Assembly: GCA_032718475.1 (NCBI GenBank) | Contig: JAUCBJ010006021.1 | Location: 1-47,150 of the forward strand | DNA: 47,150 nt | DNA from: Nemertoderma westbladi | Taxonomy: Eukaryota; Animalia; Xenacoelomorpha | Direction of reading: 5' to 3' | Shown: positions 13,006 to 24,273 of the stretch, piece by piece | Layout of the letters: each line of letters starts with the position of its first letter | Numbering within the stretch: the stretch's first letter is position 1 | Program-made: the position numbers and the translations under genes | The notes under the pieces: model-generated | Told to the model about the DNA's origin: nothing | Seen by the model: the letters and a program-made list of their open reading frames with translations, nothing else | Databases searched by the model: none

Positions 13006-13258
13006 TACTGGTATTTACGATAGGCTTATTATATTTATTTCTATAAATTTAGGCTGAAATTATATACCGGTATTCTGTAATTAATTCTAGTCCATAATTA
13101 TACTTATATATACTATAAGTGTAAGCTGTATACCGGTATTCACGATAGGCCTATTATATATTTATATATTTGTGCTGAAATTATATACCGGTATTCTGTG
13201 ACAAACCTAGTCTGTAATAATACTTATATATATACTATAAGTGTATACCGGTATTCTA
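13006..13258 (+). repeat. ~125-bp tandem duplication in the retroelement 5' leader
   Basis: ACGATAGGC.TATTATATTTAT..GCTGAAATTATATACCGGTATTCTGT..TACTATAAGTGTA repeated twice. Confidence 0.7.
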
Positions 13259-13390
13259 ATATATTGTATATATATCATGTTACATAGAGTAACGATATCG
13301 GTAATTAATTACTAGGCTAACAGTGATACTGAATTACTAGACTTGCTTTAACTGTAATATAGCAGTAGGCATTCAACTGTACAATCAAAC

Positions 13391-16300
13391 ATGTCTGACA
13401 CAAAACAAACACTGTCAGATAGTCTCTTAGAAAGTGCTAGAATGAGTGTTAGACAGGGTCTTAAAAAGATCGGGGACTCAGCTAAGAGTATAGAACGTCT
13501 GAGACCAAAGTCCAAGTCCCCTCCTACTGTAAGCAAGGTCATCCCTGCAGTAGTAGTGTCAGACCCTAGGCTAGTAATGATTCGATTAATGGTTCATTAC
13601 TGTAAGAATTGCTCGAGACTGGCTGGCTGACTGACTGACTGACTAATCTCTAGCCAAAACCACTCTAACGATTTTGATGAAATTTTCACAGCGGCTAGAT
13701 ACCGCGATTCTAAGGTCCCTGATATGTTCCGCTATTTCGTCCATGAGCCGTGGGCTCGAAAAATAGACATAAACGAAAAAACGCCATAGGCGCAATGGTA
13801 AAATAACACCAATGACAGCTGGTGTCCTCATGAAAAATGGCTTATGTAATGCATTTCTACACAAGGCTTAGTAATAAATCGATGAGGTTGCCAAGATTAT
13901 TATACTCAGTACACCTATACTGTTTGTATAGGCCACCACTCTCTGTCAAAGCAAACATTATTAACTGGTTGGTTTAGTTTGAAATCTAATATCGCCTCAG
14001 CTGAATTACTCTTCCCAATGCAATCTATGGGAATATCTCACTCTGCTAATGTAAGCTGAATGACTGTTACGTACACAGTGAGTTGGCTACGTTAATGCCA
14101 ACATTATTGCAAAATGTTTTATTGTTGGATTACTCTCTGTCAGTCACCCCTTCAGAACATTGTATAGGGAATTTACTTTAGTTTACTCTACTGTGCCATT
14201 CAGCTGAATGGATTTGAGCGATTGCCAAGTTACAGAGTTGGATCATTCTCTGACCATAGGCAAAGACATCAAATCTTTTTAAAAATATACTTTTTCCATG
14301 TTTTTTTTTCTGACCAAAAATTTCAAAAAAAATTTTTTCGTAGCCAGTACTGCCAATCGATTCGCCATCAAAAATAACGCAAAAAATTTTTTTTGCAAAA
14401 TTTTAAATTACTGTAAATTTTTGGCGACTGGGGGGGGGGGTCAATTTTTTTCGATCCGCTATAACTCCGGAACGCTTTGTCCAAATTCGATGGGGTTTTC
14501 ATTTTTCAACTTAATTCGATGTTTAAGGCTGGAGGAACACCAGATTGATTGGGCGAGAAGAAAGCGATCGACCAAGGATAGTTATGCGGGATATACACGG
14601 GAAGAACTGAAGTCTATTGTCGAGTCGCAATGGAACTTCCCCAGACCCGGACTCCCGTTTGACTTATCGGAAGCTGCCTGGGAAGACATACACAGGATGG
14701 GAGTGACAAAAGAAACCAGCGATCCAGCTGTGTGGAAGAGGTCAGCAGCCGGATACGTACAGGGATTCTTCTGCTCTATGGAGCGATTAGAGGAACAATT
14801 ATTTCGACAACCACAAGGACCTCAAGAGCAGGGAGAGCTGCTTTATCAAGTTAGAGAAAGAATTCTAAGAATCAGACTAATCTTATCTGCCTTTGAGGAG
14901 GCTTCGAAAAGAAAACAAGACACGTCGTTGCAAGTTGCCGTAAAGACTTGGTTTCAGCGGGTGAGTCTCCAAGTTCAAAGAACTGCCCCGTGGAAATCTC
15001 AGTTGGACGAGCGCTCAACCCATAGAGAATCAACAGACGCTACCTTTTCCCAAGTGGAAAGCGAAGCGACAGCAGAGAAACCGCATAAGAGGGATGCTAT
15101 TGACATCTATCTGTCAGACTATCAACGTTTTGTAGGTGATGAAGAGTTGAGGAGAAGGCTGGAGGGACTTAGCCCTAATAGTGAAGGAGCCAAGCTTGTG
15201 TTGGACGCAATCGATGCGGATATGAGAGCTGCGAACCAAGCTAAATTTGATGAACGCCTCCGCATCGCTAGAGTCCAAGAAGAACAAGTAAAGAAAAAAC
15301 GTATAGAAGACAGAAAGATAGCAGCAGCGGCAGCAGCAGAGGCAGAAGCAGAAAGAAAAGCAGCAGAATTAGATAGAAAAGCGGCAGAGGCAGCGGCAGA
15401 GGCAAAAGCGGCAGCGGCAGAGGCAAAAGCGGCAGCTGCAGCAGTAGAAGCGGAAAGAAAAGAGGCAGCGGCAGAGGCAAAAGCGGCAGCGGCAGAGGCA
15501 AAAGCGGCAGCTGCAGCAGTAGAAGCGGAAAGAAAAGTGGCAGCGACAGAGGTAAAAGCGGCAGCGGCAGAATCAGAAAGAAAAGCAGCAGAAGCGGAAA
15601 GAAAGCGAGCAGTGGCAGAAGCAGAACGAAGAGCATCTGAAGAGACCACCCAACTAGAGTTGGAAAATATTCACGAGAATCAAGACTGCATAAATAAACA
15701 GTTCATAGCTAGTCAAATGCAGATGATGAGTCGATCTACTCCCAAAAGACAGGGATATACATCATCTGAGGAAGGCGATACCACCGATACTGAAGGTGGA
15801 GGAAATAGATCTCGTCTCAGCAGACGTAGAAGAATGTCCCACCGTCAGAAATTGCCTGATTTGCCCCCAGCTGTTCGAAAACAACTAGCTAGCACAGACT
15901 TAGGTAGTACAGAACCCCTAGACCAAATTATTAAAATAGACAGACTCCCTACTATAGTAGATGAGCCTGAAATAATTAGGCCTGTTCTCGAAGCCACCCC
16001 TGCGGTGATAGAGACACCTGTACTCCCCGAACCTACCTCCAAATTCCCTTTGCATAGCACTAAGCTACCTGTGCCCAGCAGAACAGCCCATGAGACAGTT
16101 TATGTCCTGGACTCCGAGCGAAATATTAATGATTTGTCGCCCGTTGTCCCTCGTCCGCCCGCTACAACGTTGGCGGCTCCCGCTTCGGCGGTCGAGTGGG
16201 TGGATGAGAGACGGCGGGGGATGGATCTCCTGCTCGGGCAGATGCAGGATACTGTTAAGCAGTTCAAGGGCACAGTAAGGGAAAGTAGGTTAGAGTTGCA

Positions 16301-19226
16301 AGAAGTGCAGCAAAGTATCGCGTTAGAACGCGATAAATTAGTAAATACACAAAAGGGTATACCACCACCCCCTGTAACAATGTGTCAACCTGTTAGGTCT
16401 GAAGTATTTCATGCGCAAGGTGTGGAGCCTACACGCATCTATACTGCTAGCGAAGTGGAAACTCCTATAGTAAACCCTATTAAGGGTAATTATAAACCTG
16501 TTGACAATGATATTCCATATAGACTTGATAATAATCCGAGAAATTTATATACCGATAACTCGATATTAAATAACACGATGGCCCAAGAAAGTTTTACGCG
16601 TCAAATGGCTAGAACCGAAGCCCGTCAAGCGGTAAAGGTGGGAGAGATCGTCAAGTTCAATGGAGATGAGATGAAATGGTTACCTTTTAATGAATATTAC
16701 AAAGATAACGTACAGAACTCTGTGCTATCTAACGGAGAGAAACTTAGATTCCTTATCGAGTGCTTGGAAGGATCTCCCAAGTTAATGGCGTTAAAGTTTA
16801 TTGGACATCCAGATGGATTAAGACAAGTTTGGGAAACACTGAACATCAGGTATGGTAATAGGACTAACATAGCTAGGTATTTATATGCGAAATTAATGGC
16901 GCCCCGAAAGTTTCTTAGCAGTGGGATTATAGAGTTTTCCGACGAGATTCAGGAGATCTGTAGACAACTAGATTGGTTAGGTAAGTCTCATGAATACCAG
17001 AATTCTATGGTTGTAGGAGCCTTAGCATCTAATTTGCCCAAGGGCGGAGTAGGTACACGCTGGGACAAGACAGTGTTATATATGATGGAACAACAACGAA
17101 GAGATCCTACCATGGCTGATCTCATGTCATTCTTAGATGGAGAGGTAAAATTACAGCTCCTAAAGCAGTCCAGAGAGAAGACACCGGAAAATAAGGTAAG
17201 TGAGAAACCCGTTTCTAGGAGAAAGGTAATACCAGTGTGTTATACAGACGACGGCGAAAGCCAGGCTTCTCAAGACGAAGACAGCGGGAAAGACACTGAA
17301 AGATCTTACTATGACAACAAAGCGCCTAAAGACGTAAGTAAATTCAAGTCTCGAACCAATGACAGGAGAGAACAGGTAAGAAAAACTCCTCCTACGTCTC
17401 CTAAGAGAATTCATGTAAGAAAGCCCGAGGAAAGAACGAGTGTGCACAACGTTACCCAAAGTAAGGTAAGTAACATCAAACCAAAATGTGTGCTGTGCGA
17501 CGGGCCCCACCGTTTAAGTGCGTGTGATGAATTCCTAAAGAAATCATTAAAGGATAGACGGGAAGTCATGTGGGATAAGCGGTTGTGTTATAATTGCCTC
17601 AGACAAGGACACCAACGGCGAACCTGTTACTCCGACGCAAGGTGTGCGAAGTGCGGCGCAAAACATCATATCTTGTTGCACACTGAATTCGATCGAAACA
17701 GCCCGAGTCAGGTAAGTGAGTCCGAACTACATGTCCAATTCAGTGATGTGAACGACACTGACCAAAGTTCTGAGATGGAAGGATTCTATACGGACGAATT
17801 CTCCGACGAAAACGAATCCTGTTACCTGATAAATACCGCAGTGTATCGAGCACTTACGTATGAAAAGGACACCGACAGCGAGCTCCCCCTAACTACTTCT
17901 GACCGACAACCATCTTGGAAAGCACCAACTTCCAATGTAGGAATCCGAGAATTTCCAGTAGTACAGTTAAGGGTCCACGGACTTAAAAGGAGTTATACAG
18001 TGAACGCCCTCCTTGACTCCGGTAGCACAGGAACATTCATCGACAAAGAACTAGCCGAAGACATCTTTGCTGGACAACCCAAGTTCCGAACTAAGTTAAA
18101 CATGTCAGGAATTATGCAGGTTTGGAAATCTACAGTAATAACGGATTATTATGTAGGTGCGTTGTCCACCCCCCAGGATGAACTAGGAGAACACAGCATA
18201 AGGTCAGTAAAAATGGTGGCGATAAAGAACTTCGCTACCAGCCAAGTAGAACCTTATAACTGGGATGAGGACGATTCCACCCAGCAGCTTAATATACCTA
18301 GATTCAACACAGACTACCCTGGAGTGCAAATACTCATCGGCCAAAATGCGCATGAGGCGCTTGAGACATTGGAGAAACGGCCTGCTCAACCGCAACCACT
18401 ACAAGCCTATGCGGGAAGAACTAGAGTAGGTTGGTACCTTACTGGCCCTTCCCGTAGAACTCTCATAGAAAGGTTACCAAAAGAACGGGTATACCAAGTA
18501 AGTGAATGGGAAGCGGAGAGCAGTGAGGTAGACGACCCAACTGAGGGAACACCATACTCCTCAGATAATGACGATATTAACTCCAATGTAGATCAATGGA
18601 GACATTGCCCCGAGACGATTAATCTAGCCGACATCGCTTCCAGAGGAGCAACTCCTCAAGAACTGACAGATACTCCAGACTGGTTAGGTGGACCCGACTT
18701 CCTAAGTAAAGAAGATGAATGGCCTCCCCATCTTACCACGGCTGAGATTAGACAAGCCAAGGGAGCGGAGAAAGTCAAACCTAAAACCCGGACGAGTAAA
18801 TCAAGGTTATTTAAACCCGTGATAGATCTGTCTGTATTACACATTGCCAGGGACGACGCTGTGGATCTAAACTCCCCCACCGCGAACCGATCTGTTGTGG
18901 AGATCAGAGAGAGAGACTGGAGATCTGGAACACCAGACGTCTCGCCGGGACTCTCACCTCTCCTGCCGGGAGCGATGGACCACTATAGATCCTGGAATCG
19001 GCTTTGTAAGGCCGTCGTGTATTTGAAGCGATGTTTCTATCGTCACTATTCCAGGACGAAGAGGAAACCTGGAATTGTCTTCGAGACACAGCAGCTCAAT
19101 CGCCCAGTTGGTCGTTTATGTTTACTGGAAAGAGACCGAGAACTGTCCGGAAACTATGGAAGGCAAGATACTCTTCCCACGACCACCTCCCTAATCCAAC
19201 AAACATCTAGGGACTCCCCAACGTAA
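13391..19226 (+). CDS. gag: BEL/Pao Gag-protease-(RNase H C-tail) polyprotein, about 1625 aa after removing the 13573-14530 insertion; interrupted in this copy
   Basis: KFNGDEMKW..F..EKLRFL..CLEG..W..L..RYG (BEL Gag). CVLCDGPH..C, CYNCLRQGH..C and CAKCGAKHHILLH knuckles. ALLDSGS..ILIG..RTRVGW.LTGP protease. WRHCP..NLADIASRG..WLGGPDFL..EWP. The N-terminus MSDTKQ..DPR joins LEEHQ in frame. Confidence 0.85.
13573..14530 (+). mobile_element. 958-bp insertion in gag, Helentron/DINE-like non-autonomous sequence
   Basis: AGGCT duplicated at 13568-13572 and 14526-14530. (GACT)n microsatellite followed by AACGATTTTGATGAAATTTT. Removal restores the gag frame. Confidence 0.65.
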
Positions 19227-20744
19227 CAGCGTCTGGAGTGGGTGTGTGACTATATTATTTTATATTTGTTTTTATTATTTTATATTTATGTATATATTAT
19301 TATGTAATTTTATTATAATCGTTTTCTTGAATTTTATTTAGTAGAATGTTATTTTAGCGATTATTTAGTAGATTAGTGCAATGTATATTCGCGTTTATTA
19401 CTTAATTACTTATATATTATATATTTAGTGCGACGGCGAGAAATAATTATTTTCTCTTTCCTTACTGTCCGTATTACATTACAAATACGTAACTACAGTA
19501 AGATGAAATATCCGTACTTATTAAAGTACAATAAAGCTCCTACTATATTCAAGTATTATTGGTAAAGTAGAGTATTAGGAATGCAAAATTCAGATCCTCG
19601 TGTCTCGGCTAAACCAAGCTCTGGGTAGACCTTGGAAACGACTTGCCTCTTTGACCATCTGTAATTCTAGTCGATTAAGATATCGCGGCACCCATCGATA
19701 TACTTTAAAGACAAAATTCTAGAATCAGTGGTTAACGTCCCCAGACAAGTTCTGGAATAAACTGGTGCCCATCTTAAATATTAATTATTAATATTTACAA
19801 AATCTGTCAAATTTTTGATCTTTTAAAATTCTAGTCGATTAAGATATCGTAGCACTTACCGATATTCTTAAAAAGATCAATTTCCTAGAATCAAGGATCC
19901 CAGTCCCCAGACATGTTCTGGAATAAAATTGTGTCTATTTAATATTAAATAATAAAATTTACGGGAATAAATTTAAATTCATCTTTTAATGAATTTGATA
20001 AATTGTCATTTTTATACAATTTATAACATTCCCAAAATTCCATAAATTAATAGATCATGGGAGCGGAGATTCACCCTATTAAGTATATTAGTGTGCGAGA
20101 ATCTCCAATATATAGTCAATAGCCGATAAAATTCATAAAATCATATATAAAGAGAAATATTGACAATTAAAGAATTACTATTAAATAGCATCCCAGATCT
20201 GTATGCATGAGAATTACCCTAATTCTACCGCTAGCTTTCCATAATGTCACCATGGCAACAACCACGCTAGAATTAGAAGTGAGTTAAAAGAACAATAAAG
20301 CTTGCCCATTGAATAGCATAAGGAATAAATAGCACACTGCTAGTATCCCAGGATACCCAATAATAACGTGGCATTCTGGAAGGCACTGACTAACGGACAA
20401 ATGGCCCGAATGTGTGCGATTTGTGACAGTTGTGTGGAATTTGTGCGTTTATAGGTGAATGTTACTACTAAAGTGTGTTTACAGTAGCGAGTCGCAATTG
20501 TGAAAGTAGCCCTAACTCTCCAGTAAGAACCTGAAGTAAATCTAAGCCTTTGGGACGGACGGTGGAGTGACTCGCGCTGGTTGTTGTGGTCGTTGTGCAG
20601 CTACGACGTTGGCGATAGGCACATCGGCGAAAGTACACCAGCGCTGAGGATCTTGCGCTGTCCGGGGGCCGAGAGGGGTAGGCAGCGACGCCCGCTAGCC
20701 TAAATATAAACTCATTATAATATTGATAAACTCATATAGCAGAT

Positions 20745-22100
20745 ATGACTGAGTTGATAGAAGATGATCTTGGTATCAGGGAGCGATATACTCTACCTTT
20801 ACAAGCGTTTGTTGATAGCTTGATACGCGGCGACGCTGGTCCAACTACTACGGAGGACGATGGTCGTTATATCGAACCGCCAATGTCCCAGGAGCAACTT
20901 ACGCGTGAATTGGACTATAGAAAATTCACCGCTCGCTATACGCATCGTAATGGTATGTATATGGACTTCTTAACTACTAGTCATTCTATCGATTTACACG
21001 ATACGGACGATGTCGACACCGAAAGGGAAATGGTACTGTTTTGAGTATCCTACCCAGCGGAGTCGGAACGATAAACTGAAAATCGAATGTGAAAATTCTA
21101 TTCGAAATCGACTCGAAAGAGAAGACGTTAAAGAACCGGATAAACGCAGTAACTCTAACGTATATTTGGAATTCTTGAGAGAAACGTTGTAACACCGAAT
21201 AAATATCACCCGCGTTTCCCCTACAATACGTGCGTCTTTGGTATTATTGCGATGAATGCCCAAGACCCAACCAACAAACGGAAAGACATAAACATCCGCG
21301 GAGACGTTGCTTTAAACACAGTTTTACTCGCTATATTTACGGGAGTTTCGAGCGAAACTTGTTCGATGTATCACCTACGCTCGCTCGATTCAAACGATCC
21401 TTAAATAAACCTATGATCAGAGTTCCGGAATACTCGGTCAGACCTCCTCATTCCCTAGTTAGACCTCAGACTCTTGATCCTAATAGTATCACGGATCCTC
21501 CCGAACTGTACTCACTGTTCAAAGATCTAGTGTTACCCGAACAGTTAGTCGGTGGCACTCCGGTTGTGGACTCCCTAAATATTCACCCATCTTACTTAGT
21601 CGGATTGGGACGCGGACAGCTAATATCGCCATTCAACCGTATCATCGTCCCTGTTTAACCCGATACAACCTGTCACCGAGGCGGAGGAAAGAGTTGTACG
21701 AAACGCGTTGGACACTATTCGTCAAAAGATCGGAAAATGAACCTACAATTGTTTAGAGAAACGTAAATTGCAGCAGCAAGTCCAAGCGGTAAACGAATTA
21801 ATTTTATCTCAGTTCGATCAGGAAATTCAGAATCTCTAAGAAGATATCGAACTTGGACGACCCTATTCTCTGCAAGAGTTTTGGACGAACGCATCCAACG
21901 ATAAGCGGAGGAAAATCAGCTCGAGGAGAAGCATATCGAAATGGACGAGACATCGACCGTAACCCTAAACCTTCTGATGCAATTGTATTGCACCCTTCAC
22001 CCAGGAGTTACAGCCCTCCTAGTAAAGTGGCTCGCCCCAAAGAGAAAAGGACTCTTGCTAGCCTCAAAAACTGCGTAAACGCCGTCCGCGCAAGAAAGAC
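20745..22100 (+). pseudogene. Decayed accessory ORF region in the env-like position of the retroelement (unknown product)
   Basis: Consecutive ORFs in shifting frames (20745-21044, 21010-21192, 21203-21658, then fragments such as PVTEAEERVVRNALDTIRQKIG). Coding-like composition, unlike the AT-rich flanks. Confidence 0.4.
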
Positions 22101-22181
22101 TAGCTGTTTAGAGTATTTTTATATTTTAGAAACTGTGATTTTTTATATTTTATAGAATTAAATCCCATTTTCTGGGAGCGG

Positions 22182-23420
22182 TGTAAAAGCTTTTGCGGGA
22201 TATAACTGGCCCTTTTCTCCGCAATGTACTGTGTAAGGTGTTTTTAGAGGACATAACTAGCGATTTATCCGCTGTGTCTGCATGTGTGCTTTAGCGGACA
22301 TAAAAAGCCAGTTTTCCCACAATGCGCTCAAATACTCTAAACTACCTAACTCAAATGACGCAATCTACCAACCGATTTGCTGTACGCCTATAGGCTCTTT
22401 GTTCTGTTCGATCAACCAATCAGAACAATGATCCACCAATCAGAGCGATTTCGCCTTGTGTTGAATATGGGCTGCAAAAACCCGAATAGTTCGGCATTTA
22501 GACATTCGTGGAACCTACAGAATCTGGAACTCGGCCAATGAGAGCTGTTTCTCTTTGTGTTGAAAGATACCTACAACAGCCCAGAGGGATCAGTTGTGTT
22601 GGTTTTCCCGAGCCTAGAAGACCGGCTTTGGAATCTCTGTTGTTTCAGACTTTAGCCCTACATTAGTAGGCTTAATTATAGAACGTATATCTGTTATCTT
22701 AACTAATCATAACATAACATATCATAACCATTCATACCTTAACATTTGTACTGCTATTTACTGTCGGTTATTCATTATATCAGTTGATGGAATATTATTA
22801 TATTTGGAATACCGATAAATAATTACAAAACCCTCAATCTTCTTGATATACTGAAGGTAAGAGAGACCGGTTACATATAACGATTGCGACTTACATTAAA
22901 GTGGTTTTGAAGTGAATCTAATGCTATTTCATAGGCACTACATGTATTGGTTGTTGTTCTCTTTATATGTGACTAAAATTAGTGAAGGTCGGCAGATCGG
23001 TGTGCAGCATTGTGCAGTATTGTGTATGATTGTGACTGATAACAAAGCATCTCCTAAAGAATGCGCCATATACGTGAATCCATAGCCATCCCGTTGTGTC
23101 TAGTTTAAGTCATAACTCTGTTTACATATTTAGAGCGCCACGTCCTAAAGGAACTGTTAATATTTCCCGAAAGTGAATAATATTTGTCAGAGATTATATA
23201 TTACGATCAGTCGAATAATACAGTAGGCCTACACCGCAATAAGGTTAGGCTTCCGAATCCAGTCTCCCGGGTATATCCAGCGGGTGAATGGTCGCGCATA
23301 GACTGGCTTCGGCTAATGTAGTGTATCAAATACTCGTCATAGGCTAAAGTCGATTTATTATCTAGAAGACATCCAAATTTGGCAGGTTAAACTGCTAAAG
23401 GTCTGAAAGCGCGAACAATA
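22182..23420 (+). repeat. 3' LTR (apparently truncated at its right end)
   Basis: 1239 bp, ~99% identical to the 5' LTR. The match stops at GCGAACAATA; no TSD matching the left flank GTTGC. Confidence 0.9.
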
Positions 23421-23960
23421 TCTCTTCCCAGTGAATCCTATGGGAATATCTATAAGGTTTCTCACTGCTGTGTTAGGTGGTAGGCCAGCTGATTGAATTA
23501 TAAGCACAGGGTCCTTCAAATTTTTTATAGGTTAATAATAATAATGAGTGGGGAGGGACCCAGCTACACTACGTTTGTCTATGGACGGTCTTCTTATAGC
23601 GTCTAGCTATGCTGGCTTATTGCTTAGTTAATTAATTAATTAATAGGGCTGCCTTCGATGTATTCTAATAGGTCAGGCCCGCCCAAAGCCAACTCTATGT
23701 ATTCCATTTCCACAACTGTCAATGAATGTATATGAATGTATATAATACATATAATTTCGCGACAACATAATTTCAAAAAAACGAAATATTTCGAATACCA
23801 GACATAAGAATCGATCTGAAATTTTGTATCGCGATTATGAACCACCAAAGCAATGTTCTTGCAAAATTTCATAAGAAACGCCAGGCAGGAAGAGCCTGAA
23901 CCTGGATTATTATCAGTGAGTGAGTCAGTCAGTACGTCAGTGTTATATAACCTGAGATTT
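23421..23960 (-). mobile_element. DINE/Helentron-like non-autonomous fragment
   Basis: CTCTTCCCA.TG.AT.CTATGGGAATATCT shared with 14009-14038. Reverse-oriented (GTGA/GTCA)n microsatellite at 23915-23941 and AAAATTTCAT motif. Confidence 0.45.
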
Positions 23961-24273
23961 TTTCAGTAATCATCCCACTGTCGAGCAGGCTCCTAATTGT
24001 GCACTAAGAAGGCTCACCCTGACTGCGTGGCTCGTCCCACAGTTCTATAATTAAGTGGCGAAATAACGTTACGTTTTATCCTCTAACAAACATATTATGT
24101 AAAACGATTATTGTAATAAAATGTAGTATTCTATTATTATTATAATTATCAAATTTATAACAAACCTGTCTTTAGACTGGGTAGTTCTTGTCTCTTGCGT
24201 ACTCCCGGCGGTTGGGACTAGCTGGTTTCTGAGGCCTCAAAAATGTAACCCCAAAAAAAGAGATAGTAGACAG

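Larger units (their letters stand above)
10252..23420 (+). mobile_element. BEL/Pao LTR retrotransposon, non-autonomous (Gag-protease only; RT and integrase absent)
   Basis: Two direct LTRs starting TGTAAAAGC (10252, 22182). PPT-like GGGAGCGG before the 3' LTR. BEL-type Gag (DUF1759-like), three Zn knuckles and an aspartic protease. Confidence 0.92.

Noticed and set aside
14298-14525. N-terminal 76 aa of the predicted 1642-aa ORF
   Set aside because: Low-complexity translation of the inserted element; the native N-terminus is at 13391.
15122-15649. Antisense Ala/Ser- and Leu/Pro-rich ORFs
   Set aside because: Shadow frames of the Gag AAAEAK repeat.
19600-19645. Hammerhead-like CCAAG..CTTGG-AAAC hairpin
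   Set aside because: The CUGANGA core is absent.
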